Source: an uncultured Erysipelotrichaceae bacterium (GTDB taxonomy: Bacteria > Bacillota_I > Bacilli_A > RF39 > UBA660). From it: a DNA stretch of 64,000 nucleotides. The stretch covers positions 219,697 through 283,696 of the forward strand of contig CACYLI010000001.1 of the NCBI GenBank assembly GCA_902775285.1. The letters are read 5' to 3'. The position numbers and the translations under genes are program-made. The notes below the pieces were generated by a model. The model ran no database searches, was not told the DNA's origin, and worked only from the letters and a program-made list of their open reading frames with translations. Each line of letters starts with the position of its first letter. Positions within the stretch are counted from its first letter, which is position 1. Shown here in pieces: positions 20,593 through 31,842 of the stretch.

Positions 20593-22770
20593 TTATTTCG
20601 ATTTATTAAATTCATTATAAAATTCTCTAGTATCATTATTATATTGTTCTATTACAAGATTTAATACTCTCTTCAAATAATCTTCAACACTATCATTACC
20701 AATATCAATATAATATAGATATTCTACTGACTTAAATGAAGAATCAAAATCTTTTAATAATTCTTTTTCAAATAAGTATAGATACATTTTTGCATAATCA
20801 CTTAGATTTTTATCTTGGCAATACTTTTCAATTACATTCATTTTAGTATTAAAATAATTCATATCAATCTGTAAATCATTATCATTAATAAATCTTCTTA
20901 TTTTAAATAATTCCATATTTATTTTATCTAATTCATTAATATTAGCATTATTAAATAACTCATTTTCATATTTTAATGCTTCATCAAAACTTTCAAATCT
21001 TTTAAACTTAAAATTTTTATCTTTGTAGTCCAAATACTTATTCATTAAGTCTCTTTCATCTTCTTTTACTTCAGAAATTGATTTACTAGATTTTACTTCT
21101 ACCTCTTCACTTTCTTTAGCAGACTTAACAAAATCAGATTTAACTTCTTGTTTTCTAGGACTAGAATTACTAGTTTGTAAATTATTAACAATATTTTGTT
21201 CTTGTAATAGTGAAGTAGAATACATTCCTCCTCCATCTGTTGCAAAAACATAATTTATATCGTTGTCATCATAATATTTAATAGGTAAATTCTCTAAATC
21301 ATCAACATGACCCAAAGCAACATTAGAACTAATATTAAATTCTATTACTGCTCCAAAATCGTGAATTAAATGTATTAACTCTTCATTTTCATTTATATTT
21401 ACTCCATGACCTATTCTAATTCTAGGAGGAGGTATTACTCCCCAAGATTCTCCAAACAAATCACTACAACTTTCATTAATTTTATTAGCTGTTTCTCTTA
21501 TAGCTTTTAAAGTATTTAAAATATTATCAGTACAATCCTTAAACTCACTAGCATGTATTCTTAATACACTATTTGGATGTATATGTAATACTGGTAAAAT
21601 CCATTCTAATTTTTCTTTAAATAAAGAATACTCTTCTCCTTCTAATGGATGTTCACTCCCCATAATATCTATACCAATTACACTACCACTTTCAAGTAAT
21701 GGTTCTAAGCTTTTAGCAGCATTACTAAATGCTTTAACATTTTTTAATCTATCTATACTATACAAAAATTTAAAATTATCATCATCCTTATGTTTATCAC
21801 TCATATATTTAATTCTAGTATCATTAGAATAACTAATTTCTGAATAACTAATATTTTCACGCTTTAATTTTTTTAAACACTCTTCAAAATAATCATTATA
21901 AACTATGTATCCACTAAAAGTTTGTTCACTATCTTTAAGTTTAACTATTTGATTATTAATTTCAACTTTTTCACTCTTTAATTTATTCTTTTCTTTTTTA
22001 GAATTACATTTTAATATTTTAACTTCAATATTAGTAAGTTCTATATTCAATAAATCTAAATTCTTTGCTATTCTTTCTTTTTCACGAATCCATTCTTTAT
22101 CATTATCTAAATTACTCTTATATTCTTCAATAGCAAGTTTCATTAATTGATTTCTATTATTTACACAATTTTCTAAATCATCAAAATTACCAACTTTAAA
22201 ATCAAGTGATAAACAAGACTCAAGATTCTTTTCCCATCCATTTAATACAATTTCTTCATATGAATACATGTATTCAGAATTAAAATCTAAAAATCCATTT
22301 TCATTCATTGGATATAAAACATTATACTTATTAATAAATTCAATAAATTCATGAGAATTTAATATTTCAATTAAATGAGTATGCAATTCTGTATTTAATA
22401 CTTGAGTAGAGTCCCATCTTTTTTTATTTAAAGCTTTTAAATTTCTCATAATCTTTTCTTTAGATTCTTTAAATAAACTAATTATATTTTCACTTCTATT
22501 TACAAAATGATTATAATATGCTCTTAATATTCTAATTTCCGTACTACTAATTGGTAAAACTCTTGTAATTTCATTATTCTTTATTGTAAGTATTAATTTC
22601 ATACCAAGTGTTACATAAACACCATTATCTCTATTAGTAACAGTAATAAATTTATTTAAAAATGACATATTTTTATCAAATTCAAAAGAAATATTATCTT
22701 TTTCAATAATACATTTATACTTTACACCTTGATCATTTAATAATAATTCTTTCTCCATATCTATCATCAA
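20593..22770 (-). CDS. extended adenosine/AMP-deaminase-fold metallohydrolase (725 aa)
   Basis: ADA signature set found in order: ELHTHL (HxH), VIGIDIMGSE, RIHASE (HAGE-like), RIGHG, EFNISSN, FATDGGG. Flanked by a ~120-aa N-terminal domain and a ~200-aa helical C-terminal domain. Confidence 0.65.
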   Translation of the reverse strand: MMIDMEKELLLNDQGVKYKCIIEKDNISFEFDKNMSFLNKFITVTNRDNGVYVTLGMKLILTIKNNEITRVLPISSTEIRILRAYYNHFVNRSENIISLFKESKEKIMRNLKALNKKRWDSTQVLNTELHTHLIEILNSHEFIEFINKYNVLYPMNENGFLDFNSEYMYSYEEIVLNGWEKNLESCLSLDFKVGNFDDLENCVNNRNQLMKLAIEEYKSNLDNDKEWIREKERIAKNLDLLNIELTNIEVKILKCNSKKEKNKLKSEKVEINNQIVKLKDSEQTFSGYIVYNDYFEECLKKLKRENISYSEISYSNDTRIKYMSDKHKDDDNFKFLYSIDRLKNVKAFSNAAKSLEPLLESGSVIGIDIMGSEHPLEGEEYSLFKEKLEWILPVLHIHPNSVLRIHASEFKDCTDNILNTLKAIRETANKINESCSDLFGESWGVIPPPRIRIGHGVNINENEELIHLIHDFGAVIEFNISSNVALGHVDDLENLPIKYYDDNDINYVFATDGGGMYSTSLLQEQNIVNNLQTSNSSPRKQEVKSDFVKSAKESEEVEVKSSKSISEVKEDERDLMNKYLDYKDKNFKFKRFESFDEALKYENELFNNANINELDKINMELFKIRRFINDNDLQIDMNYFNTKMNVIEKYCQDKNLSDYAKMYLYLFEKELLKDFDSSFKSVEYLYYIDIGNDSVEDYLKRVLNLVIEQYNNDTREFYNEFNKSK

Positions 22771-22837
22771 ATATAATTATAACAAATTTATCTAATAATT
22801 AAAACAAAATTGTTGTATAATTAAAGAGGTGATTAAT

Positions 22838-24184
22838 ATGTTTCAAAATAAAAAAATTTTTATACTAGGAATGGCAAGAAGTGGATATGAAGCTGCTAAG
22901 GTACTTGCTAAAAGAAATAATGAAATTGTTTTAAATGATAATAATGAAAATCAAGATAAAAATCATATAAAAGAATTAGAGAGTCTTGGAGTTAAAGTAA
23001 TACTCGGATCACATCCAGATGATATATTAGATGAATCATTTGACTATTTAATTAAAAATCCAGGAGTAAAATTTGATCATAAATATTTAAAATATGCAGA
23101 AGAACATAACATTAAAGTAATTAATGAAATAGAAATGGCTTATCACTTACTTCCTAAAGGAGTAAAAATAATAGCTATAACTGGTACTAATGGAAAAACA
23201 ACTACCACTACTCTTACATATGAAATTGTATCTCATGCATTCAAAAATAAAACTCATTTAGCAGGAAATATTGGTTTTCCTCTTTGTGAAATACTTGATA
23301 ATATAAAAGAAAATGATTACTTAGTTATGGAAATAGGCGTACCACAAATACATGATTTTTATGATTTTAATCCATATATTGGAGTACTTACTAATATATT
23401 CGAAGCTCATTTAGATATGTTTAAAACTAGAGAATACTATAATGAAAATAAAGTAAGACTTTTTCAAAACCATACAAATAAAAATATAGCAATAATTAAT
23501 TATGATAACGAAGATGCATATAGAATAACAAAAAACATAAAAAGCACAAAAAAATACTTTTCAAGTAATAATATAATTGATGGTAGCTACTTAAAAGATG
23601 ATATTATTTACTATTATAATGAACCAATTATCAATACAAAAGATATAAAATTAAAAGGTAAACATAATTATGAAAATATAATGTGTGCAATTATGATAGC
23701 TAAAGAACTTAATATTAGTAATGATATAATAATAGATGTACTAAAAAACTTTGGCGGTGTAGAACATAGAATAGAATACACAAGAACAATTAATGGAATA
23801 GAATTCTATAACGATTCAAAAGCAACAAATGTTACATCAACTCAAATAGCTCTTTCATCATTTAATAAACCAACAATTTTAATTCTTGGTGGTTTAGACA
23901 GAGGTCATTCATTTGAAGGACTTACAGAATATATGAAAAATGTTAAACTTGTATGTTCCTTAGGACAAACAAATAAAAGAATTAAAGAATATTGTGACAA
24001 AATAAACAAAAAATGTATAGTTGGAGATACTTTAGAAGAAGCAATAAATAATGCATATAATAATTCAGAATCAGGAGATGTTATATTATTAAGCCCAGCT
24101 TGTGCATCATGGGATCAATATAAATGTTTTGAAGATAGAGGAACTGAATTTAAAAATATAGTAAAAGAATTAAAGGAGAAATAG
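22838..24184 (+). CDS. murD: UDP-N-acetylmuramoylalanine--D-glutamate ligase
   Basis: ITGTNGKTTTTTLT P-loop and Mur ligase layout. ATG at 22838 follows AAAGAGG (track starts at a GTG, 22829). Confidence 0.9.
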   Translation: MFQNKKIFILGMARSGYEAAKVLAKRNNEIVLNDNNENQDKNHIKELESLGVKVILGSHPDDILDESFDYLIKNPGVKFDHKYLKYAEEHNIKVINEIEMAYHLLPKGVKIIAITGTNGKTTTTTLTYEIVSHAFKNKTHLAGNIGFPLCEILDNIKENDYLVMEIGVPQIHDFYDFNPYIGVLTNIFEAHLDMFKTREYYNENKVRLFQNHTNKNIAIINYDNEDAYRITKNIKSTKKYFSSNNIIDGSYLKDDIIYYYNEPIINTKDIKLKGKHNYENIMCAIMIAKELNISNDIIIDVLKNFGGVEHRIEYTRTINGIEFYNDSKATNVTSTQIALSSFNKPTILILGGLDRGHSFEGLTEYMKNVKLVCSLGQTNKRIKEYCDKINKKCIVGDTLEEAINNAYNNSESGDVILLSPACASWDQYKCFEDRGTEFKNIVKELKEK

Positions 24185-24187
24185 TAT

Positions 24188-24973
24188 ATGAAAATAACAT
24201 GTGAACATTGTGGAAGTATAATAGATACAGAACATGATAAAAAATGTCCTACTTGTGGAGCACCTTATGCTAAAAGTAAAGAATATGAAGAAGTAAAACA
24301 AAGCAAAAAGAAAGATAAAGACTATGACTATAGAGAAAGAGAAGCAGATATTAAAGCAAAAGAACTAAACAATGAAATAATAGAAAAAACACTAAAAACA
24401 TCAAAAAAAATAACTATTATTCCAATTATAATATTTATAGTTTTTATTATAATATTTATATTTGTTTTTAAACAAATAAATAATACAAGTAAAAAAATAA
24501 ATAATCAAAATTCTAATATTAATAATAACAATAACATATTAGATTTAAATGAAGTTAAGGAACAAACTATAATTGGAAATTTTAACGAAACATTACAAAC
24601 AGATTCTTTTGATATCAAATGTGATAAAATAACCACTTACTCATATGATGAATTTGAAAAAAAACAAAAAGATAAAAACACTACATATTATAATTTTCAC
24701 TTTGTATTTACAAACAAAACAAATTCATGGCAAACATTAAATAATATTAATTTAACTTATACAGATGATAATAATAATCCTAATATAGTTGCTAAAAAAC
24801 CTAGTATGAATGTAAAAGAAAGCAAAAATGAATTAGACTTCTTTGCTAAAGAAAAACTATCATATTCAGGTAATATTACATTTGAAATACCAAACTATGT
24901 AACAGATGTAAAAATAGTTTTTGATAAAACAATAATTCAAATAGACAATTACAAAGAAAAAATAACACAATAA
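24188..24973 (+). CDS. zinc-ribbon membrane protein
   Basis: CEHCGS...CPTCG ribbon, one TM (ITIIPIIIFIVFIIIFIFVF) and a beta-rich ectodomain. Confidence 0.55.
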   Translation: MKITCEHCGSIIDTEHDKKCPTCGAPYAKSKEYEEVKQSKKKDKDYDYREREADIKAKELNNEIIEKTLKTSKKITIIPIIIFIVFIIIFIFVFKQINNTSKKINNQNSNINNNNNILDLNEVKEQTIIGNFNETLQTDSFDIKCDKITTYSYDEFEKKQKDKNTTYYNFHFVFTNKTNSWQTLNNINLTYTDDNNNPNIVAKKPSMNVKESKNELDFFAKEKLSYSGNITFEIPNYVTDVKIVFDKTIIQIDNYKEKITQ

Positions 24974-24985
24974 TGTGTTATTTTT

Positions 24986-26455
24986 TTAATCTAAATCATA
25001 TACACTAGGTAAATACTCTGCTTCACAAGTTAAATTAACTTTTAAATTCTTTAATGTTTTCTTATCTCCATTATCTACAATATAAGTAGCATGAGCTTCA
25101 CAATCTTTAAGTTTACTTAAATTAGATATAGCTTTTTCAGTCATAGAATTAGTAGCAGAACAAATACTAAGAGCAGTTAATACTTCAGGCAAAGTTAATC
25201 TATCTCCATTATTTAATTCTTTCTTAAGACTTAGCATAGGTTCAAGAACATTAGGACTTAATAACTTAATATCATCAGGTATTTTACTAATATATTTAAT
25301 AGCATTAATAACTACACTAGAAGCAGGAGTTAAAATATCAGTTTGTTTACCAGTAATAATCTTTTTACCAATCTTAAGAGAAATAACTGGTAATTTTTCT
25401 TTTTCACTCTTTTCTAAAGCTGGTTTAATTACATCCAAATAATTTTCATCTATACCAACTTCATTCATTAATAACTTAACTTTTTCACAAGTATCAGCTT
25501 CACATAAACCAAGTTTATAATTATTTGTTTCATTATAATAACGTCTAACAATTTCTTTTTTAGCAGCTTCTTCAACTATATCATTATCAGTAATACAAAA
25601 ACCAACCATATTAACTCCCATATCAGTAGGAGAATAATAAATATCTTTTCCACTAACTTTAGATAATATATTTTTTAAAACTGGAAACATTTCAATATCT
25701 CTATTATAATTTACAGCTGTTATATTATACTTTTCTAAATGGAATGGATCAATCATATTAACATCTTTTAAATCAGCAGTAGCAGCTTCATATGCAAGAT
25801 TAACTGGATGTTTTAAAGGTAAATTCCATACAGGAAAAGTTTCAAACTTAGCATACCCTGCGTTAACACCTCTAACATGTTCATGATATATTTGACTTAA
25901 ACATGTAGCAAGTTTACCACTACCAGGTCCAGGAGCATTAACAAGAATTAATGGTTTAGTAGTTTCAATATATGGATTAGCTCCATAACCTTCTTCACTA
26001 ACAATTGTATCCACATCAGTAGGATAACCTTTAGTAAATGTATGAATATATGTTTTAATACCATTTCTATTTAATTTCTTAATAAATTTATCAACACTAA
26101 CTTGATTTTTATAAAGTGTTATAACTACACTATTAACACTAAAACCCATCTTTTTAGAATTATTAATTAACTTTAATATTTCATTATCATAAGTAATACC
26201 ATATTCACCACGAGTTTTATTTCTTTCAATATCTCCTGCATTAATACAAAAAATAATTTCTAAATCATTTTTTAATTCCTTAAACATATTGATTTTAGCA
26301 TCACTCATAAAACCAGGCAAAACCCTTGATGCATGAGAATCATCAAATAACTTTCCGCCAACTTCTAAATATAATTTGTCAAATAAACCAAATCTCTCCC
26401 TAATTTTAGCGCTCTGTATTTTAACATACTTAGCGTTATCAAATCCCTTCTTCAT
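24986..26455 (-). CDS. DUF1846 (UPF0371) family protein
   Basis: N-terminus GFDNAKYVKIQSAKIRERF...LYLEVGGKLFDDSHASRVLPGF matches my memory of UPF0371. Length is 489 aa. Confidence 0.7.
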   Translation of the reverse strand: MKKGFDNAKYVKIQSAKIRERFGLFDKLYLEVGGKLFDDSHASRVLPGFMSDAKINMFKELKNDLEIIFCINAGDIERNKTRGEYGITYDNEILKLINNSKKMGFSVNSVVITLYKNQVSVDKFIKKLNRNGIKTYIHTFTKGYPTDVDTIVSEEGYGANPYIETTKPLILVNAPGPGSGKLATCLSQIYHEHVRGVNAGYAKFETFPVWNLPLKHPVNLAYEAATADLKDVNMIDPFHLEKYNITAVNYNRDIEMFPVLKNILSKVSGKDIYYSPTDMGVNMVGFCITDNDIVEEAAKKEIVRRYYNETNNYKLGLCEADTCEKVKLLMNEVGIDENYLDVIKPALEKSEKEKLPVISLKIGKKIITGKQTDILTPASSVVINAIKYISKIPDDIKLLSPNVLEPMLSLKKELNNGDRLTLPEVLTALSICSATNSMTEKAISNLSKLKDCEAHATYIVDNGDKKTLKNLKVNLTCEAEYLPSVYDLD

Positions 26456-26576
26456 ATTACCTTCACCTATTATAAATATAACACAACAAAAAATATATTA
26501 ACAAGCAAACAAATAAAAAAAGAAAAATTTTTTTCTTCTTTTACATTTTAATTGTAAATAAAAAAAGAAAACTATT

Positions 26577-28400
26577 TTATAGTTTTCTTCTCTCTTTAAT
26601 AACAATAAATATAATTACAAATAATATTGATAATGAAATACTAAATATTGATATATATATATTTATATTATCTATTGTCTTTGGTACATTTGGTTTTACT
26701 TCTGATGGTGTATTATCATTTCCTTTTGGTGTCTCACTAGAACCCTGTCCACTATTTTCATTATTTGTTTTTAAATTAAATTCTACTGATGCTTTATATA
26801 CCTTATTTTCTAAATAATATCCATTATCTCCTTCTGCACTTATTATTTCAAGTTCATTTGTTAATAACTTGTCAGTATCTTCTGTTACTTTATATGTTGA
26901 ATATAAATCTATACTCTCTTTTGCATTTAACTTTCTTATACTTGCAAGCCTCTTATTATTTGAATTAACTATATAATTATTATTCTCACTAAATTCTTGT
27001 CCTTCTAATTTAGATTCTATTACTACATTATATATATCTATATCTTCATTATTTTTGATATTAGTTTTAAATGTTACAATATCACCTTTTTTATAATATT
27101 CTTTTTCTTCTACTATTTCACTTTCTATAGATGGACTAAATAATCCATTTATTGCTTGCCATAATCCATTAATAGTTACATTTCTTGAAGGCATTGTTAT
27201 AGTTGAAGGACTTACCCATCCTACAAATCTACATAATGTTTCACTATTATCTTCATCATTTATACATGAAGTATAATCATAATTATAAGTTATTTCAATT
27301 GTATCTCCTGGTTTATATTCCTTTTTAGGAGGAAGTAAATTTGCATTTACAGGTGAAACATTACCTACAAAATCAAAGTCAAGAAAATATCCACTTTTTT
27401 CAAATTTCGCAGCAAATACAACATCTTCATTTGGCATTGTAAATAATCCAGAAGAACTATCATTAAAAGTAATATTATCTGGAATTATCCATTCAATAAA
27501 ATTATATTCATTATTAGAATCTTGTAAAACCGTATTATTAAATTTAACTATTTCACCTGGTAAGTATTCTCCACCTTTAGGTAGTGAATAAACATTAACA
27601 TTTACTCCATCAATAATCTTATATATTACTTTATGTTTGATTTCACCATTTTTTGTAAAAGAACCTGTACATGTTACTTTACTATTAGGCATAATAAATG
27701 AAGCATTATTAATATTTACATCACAATACCATCCATTAAAAATATAACCTGGTATTTTATAAACGTTTTCTACTGATACTCTTTGACCAACCGTATATTC
27801 TTTTTCACTTGGTACATCAATTGAATATCCAATAGGTAAATCTCCGGTTATTCTATATTTAACCTTATTCTTATTTGAAGAATCATTTCCTATATAAGAA
27901 TGAACTGGATTTGAAATAACATATTGCTTCAAATGTCTAGCACTAGCACTATTATAGAAATCTAATCTATCAACAGAACTACTTGTTCTAACAATAACAC
28001 CAACATATAAAGTTTCTTCTGTAGTCAAACCTGCTACTTTAAATGATATTGTTCTAGTATCTTCATTATATACTATTCCATCTCTTCCACCAATTACATA
28101 TCCATTTGGCATAAGCCATTCGTAATAATCTATTTTATAATAAATGTCACCAAATTTTAAAATATCAACAAACTCTACTCCCTCTGGTAATTTATCTTCA
28201 ATATAAATAATATCTGGAATCGTTTCTCCTAAATAATTAGCATCTTGATATGAAACCTTAATATAATATGTTAATTCACTATTTTCATTAACTTTATCAA
28301 ATGTCGAAAGTGAAGTGGCAGATATTTTATTATTAAAAGTCAAAAAGATTCCTAATAGAATTAAGCAAATTAATAATAACTTTTTAATATCTTTCATCAA
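26577..28400 (-). CDS. surface protein with InlB-B/Listeria-Bacteroides-type repeats and a C-terminal TM anchor
   Basis: Signal peptide. Repeated G(Y/F)xFxGW-type motifs (GYIFNGWYCD, CRFVGWVSP). C-terminal helix ISIFSISLSILFVIIFIVI followed by KERRKL. Confidence 0.65.
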   Translation of the reverse strand: MMKDIKKLLLICLILLGIFLTFNNKISATSLSTFDKVNENSELTYYIKVSYQDANYLGETIPDIIYIEDKLPEGVEFVDILKFGDIYYKIDYYEWLMPNGYVIGGRDGIVYNEDTRTISFKVAGLTTEETLYVGVIVRTSSSVDRLDFYNSASARHLKQYVISNPVHSYIGNDSSNKNKVKYRITGDLPIGYSIDVPSEKEYTVGQRVSVENVYKIPGYIFNGWYCDVNINNASFIMPNSKVTCTGSFTKNGEIKHKVIYKIIDGVNVNVYSLPKGGEYLPGEIVKFNNTVLQDSNNEYNFIEWIIPDNITFNDSSSGLFTMPNEDVVFAAKFEKSGYFLDFDFVGNVSPVNANLLPPKKEYKPGDTIEITYNYDYTSCINDEDNSETLCRFVGWVSPSTITMPSRNVTINGLWQAINGLFSPSIESEIVEEKEYYKKGDIVTFKTNIKNNEDIDIYNVVIESKLEGQEFSENNNYIVNSNNKRLASIRKLNAKESIDLYSTYKVTEDTDKLLTNELEIISAEGDNGYYLENKVYKASVEFNLKTNNENSGQGSSETPKGNDNTPSEVKPNVPKTIDNINIYISIFSISLSILFVIIFIVIKERRKL

Positions 28401-30997
28401 GATCCACCTCCTACACTATCAGGAGTAAATGTACCATTACTTGCCCATGTTCCACTTACTTTAGTAAATTCTGGTTTACTAGGAGTCGAATAAAAGAAAT
28501 GATCAAAATTACTTACCTTTGTTATATCCCAATTATTAATTTGTGAACTATCGTTTAATCTATTATTAAAACCAAACATATAACCCATGTCCGTTACATT
28601 TGATACATCCCAATTTTGTAGTCCTTCTAGACTAGTAATTACACTATTTGCATAGAAAGTTCTGTTCATATTTTTAACACTTGAAGTATTCCAGTTTGTT
28701 AATGGTGCTAAACTTGCATTTTTTATAAGATTATAAAAAGTATATTCCATATTTTCTACTTTTGAAACATTCCAATTTTCTAATCCTTCTAAACTCAAAA
28801 GATTACTATCACCAAAGAATAAACTTTGCATATATCTAACATTTGATACATTCCAATCTTTTAAAGGTAATAAACTGCTTATATTATAATTTCCACCAAA
28901 CATATGTCTCATATCGGATACATATTTAGTATCCCAATTATCAATACCTGATAAACTTTCTAAATTTTCACAATGGTAAAACATATAATCAAAGAATGGT
29001 GATTTTAAATCCAAATCAAATTCATATAAAAATTCAATACTTTTTAGACTTCTAAAATCTCTAAACATATAACTTGCATATTTGATGGCAAGTCTTTCAC
29101 CTTTTGTATAGAAGAATACAGTCTTTAGGTTTTCATCATACCATATATAAATTGGAAAATCAGATTTATTACTTGAAATAGTATTATCTTCAGTTGGAAC
29201 AAATCCATCCGGTAAGCTATCACTTCTCTTAATGTATTCAACACTATAATTAGCTGTAGTATAAGAAGGTGAAGTTTCACCTGCTACCTTCTTAATTTTA
29301 ATATTTACACTTGTACCTTGATCCAATTCAGCAAAAGAAAGCATTTTTTCAACCTCAACTTTAGTATATGTTGGAGTTAAATATACATCACCTGTAGGCA
29401 TCTCAAAAGTATTATTATTTATATTAAAGTTAACTCTTTTTGGATATGTATTATTGTAATCAATTGGTTCCCACATCAATGCATCATTATCGGACGAATA
29501 ATAATTATAAGCCAACCATCCCATAAACTGATATCCATCACATTCATATTTTTTATCACTAATATCAACTTTATCGCCAACAATATATTTTTCATCTGGA
29601 ATTGTTTGAACATTACAACCAGATGGAACTTCAGCTAAATAATGAACAGTAAATCCAAGTGGTAAAATTGGAGATAACTGGGTATCAGATGAATATATTA
29701 TATCTTCATCCATTAAATTATCTTGTTTATCTATTCTTGAATCAACAACACTTCTTTTACTAGTATTAAAAAATTCATTTGTTAAATCAACTTCATCTTT
29801 TAAACTTAATTCAATTATTAAATTTATTATCTCACCAGTAACAAACTTATCTTTAAAATCCCATGTAACCATAATATTATTATCCTTATAGTCTATACTA
29901 GCATTTCCTTTATCAACTTCAACTATTTTATTGTCTTTTAAAACAAAATAATCATCATTTAAATAATCAATCATTTTAAAATTCTTATAACTAGAATCAA
30001 AAGCAATATTTCTCATTATATTAGAAATACTATCTAAGCCATCATATGGATCAAAACCACCTGTTTTTTTTATAGAATAATCTTTATTGCTAACAACAGG
30101 TCCTGAAGAAGAATTACATTCTTGATTATATAATTTAGCAAACATAAACTGATTATCACTAACATTTATTACTTCATTAAGAAATTGGTTATCATAATCT
30201 AATGATCTTTGTATAGCATTTATTTTTAAAAAAGGATATTTATTTTTCAATTCAGTACGTTTTGATAATTCTGTTTCTAAATTTCCAGATGAAATATTAC
30301 CAATTATCATAACAACTATCAAATCTCTATTTGAATTATATTCATATGTACTCAAAATATTATCTATTCCATCTAAAGCTTGCTCATAATTAGTTAAAGA
30401 TTTACTATCTTCAATATTTGAAAATTTTGATAAAAATTCTTCCATATTATTTGTAAAATCTTGTTCTATTTTGTAACTATCATTAAAAGTAATTAAAGCA
30501 GCTTTACTATTCATATTGTATTCTTCATTCATGTAATTAATATCTTCTGTTATACCATAAATTGAATTAAATATATTTTGTGAATAACTGCTAGCAGGCA
30601 TATCTACTTTCTTAATATTATTACTTGAAGCATCTGAAAAAAAATGTGAACAATCATTACTAGGATAATCTTGATTTAAATAAAAAGAATTATCTATTAC
30701 AAATAAAACATCTTTATCTTTTCTATTATTAAATATATTTGAATTAATAGTATATTTCAATCTTACTCTTCTTGGATTTATCCAATTAGCATTTTTATAT
30801 AAAATCCAAGAACCATCATTATAATTATATTCTACAGGATTATAATTATCAGGATATATATATACTTCATTTAATAATTCATTATTAGATAAACTACTTT
30901 TATTATCAATTAAAAGAACTAAAAAAATTATAAGTATAAATAAAAATATACTTACATACGCTATATGAGTCCTTAAAAAGCTGACTATTTTATTCAT
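28397..30997 (-). CDS. large surface protein: vWA-like region, B-repeat and DUF285/BspA-type leucine-rich repeats
   Basis: N-terminal anchor. VLFVIDNSFY (vWA-like). GYQFMGW. Six C-terminal repeats of the type NW(D/N)xSxVxxMxxxF. 4-nt overlap with the downstream gene. Confidence 0.7.
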   Translation of the reverse strand: MNKIVSFLRTHIAYVSIFLFILIIFLVLLIDNKSSLSNNELLNEVYIYPDNYNPVEYNYNDGSWILYKNANWINPRRVRLKYTINSNIFNNRKDKDVLFVIDNSFYLNQDYPSNDCSHFFSDASSNNIKKVDMPASSYSQNIFNSIYGITEDINYMNEEYNMNSKAALITFNDSYKIEQDFTNNMEEFLSKFSNIEDSKSLTNYEQALDGIDNILSTYEYNSNRDLIVVMIIGNISSGNLETELSKRTELKNKYPFLKINAIQRSLDYDNQFLNEVINVSDNQFMFAKLYNQECNSSSGPVVSNKDYSIKKTGGFDPYDGLDSISNIMRNIAFDSSYKNFKMIDYLNDDYFVLKDNKIVEVDKGNASIDYKDNNIMVTWDFKDKFVTGEIINLIIELSLKDEVDLTNEFFNTSKRSVVDSRIDKQDNLMDEDIIYSSDTQLSPILPLGFTVHYLAEVPSGCNVQTIPDEKYIVGDKVDISDKKYECDGYQFMGWLAYNYYSSDNDALMWEPIDYNNTYPKRVNFNINNNTFEMPTGDVYLTPTYTKVEVEKMLSFAELDQGTSVNIKIKKVAGETSPSYTTANYSVEYIKRSDSLPDGFVPTEDNTISSNKSDFPIYIWYDENLKTVFFYTKGERLAIKYASYMFRDFRSLKSIEFLYEFDLDLKSPFFDYMFYHCENLESLSGIDNWDTKYVSDMRHMFGGNYNISSLLPLKDWNVSNVRYMQSLFFGDSNLLSLEGLENWNVSKVENMEYTFYNLIKNASLAPLTNWNTSSVKNMNRTFYANSVITSLEGLQNWDVSNVTDMGYMFGFNNRLNDSSQINNWDITKVSNFDHFFYSTPSKPEFTKVSGTWASNGTFTPDSVGGGS

Positions 30998-31082
30998 AAT
31001 CTATCACCTATTATATATACTAACATAATTATAATTCATTACACATATATAGTCAAACAAATAAAAAAGACATAAATGTCTT

Positions 31083-31751
31083 TTATCCTACAATTAATAC
31101 ATTAAAGTTATTATGAAGTCTATTTTGTGAGTTTACAAGTAACACATACATTCTTCCCACTTCACTTACTAATAGGCTTTTATCAGTTAAATAATCATTC
31201 ATAATACTAAAAGCATATTCAGGATCCATTCCTTTAGATATAACTATATCTCTTAATTCAATTAATTCACCAAAATCAAGTACTTTTAATATATTACTAT
31301 CTTCATATAAATTATCTAATATAACTTCACCATTCTTATCAGGAATTGTTGTAAGTATTTCATTCTTTGTAAAAGCATCTACTAAAGTATAGTATGTACT
31401 AATAATTTCATTATTCTCTACAACAAAATTAGTATATAGATTAACTATAGATATTATTTCATTATTATCTTTATCTATATATCTTATAACTTTATACATA
31501 TCATATGGTAATACTTTATTATCTACAATTCCTAAATCAGAAATACTTTTATCAACATCATATGTATCAGTATTATAAGTAATTCCATATTTAGGCAGTG
31601 CATTAATTCTATTATTAATATCAATTATTTCTTCATATGTTAATTCACTATTTGTTTTTTTATTTTCTTTTTTACCAATGCATCCTGATGCAGTAGATAA
31701 ACATAGTATTAATACAGAAACAATTGATATAAGTCTTCTCTTATAATTCAT
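31083..31751 (-). CDS. lipoprotein
   Basis: Lipobox TASGC. Terminator AAAAGACAT-AA-ATGTCTTTT at 31065-31084. Confidence 0.55.
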   Translation of the reverse strand: MNYKRRLISIVSVLILCLSTASGCIGKKENKKTNSELTYEEIIDINNRINALPKYGITYNTDTYDVDKSISDLGIVDNKVLPYDMYKVIRYIDKDNNEIISIVNLYTNFVVENNEIISTYYTLVDAFTKNEILTTIPDKNGEVILDNLYEDSNILKVLDFGELIELRDIVISKGMDPEYAFSIMNDYLTDKSLLVSEVGRMYVLLVNSQNRLHNNFNVLIVG

Positions 31752-31842
31752 AATCCCTCCAAAGTAGAAATATATTACATCAATAAATTATTTTTTTCAA
31801 TATGATATTTAAAAAAATGTAACTTTATGGTATAAATATTAC

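Noticed and set aside
20593-22770. Calling the large ADA-fold protein a RADAR RdrB
   Set aside because: No RdrA-like AAA ATPase gene is adjacent, and the flanks are core genes. Only the fold-level assignment is supported.
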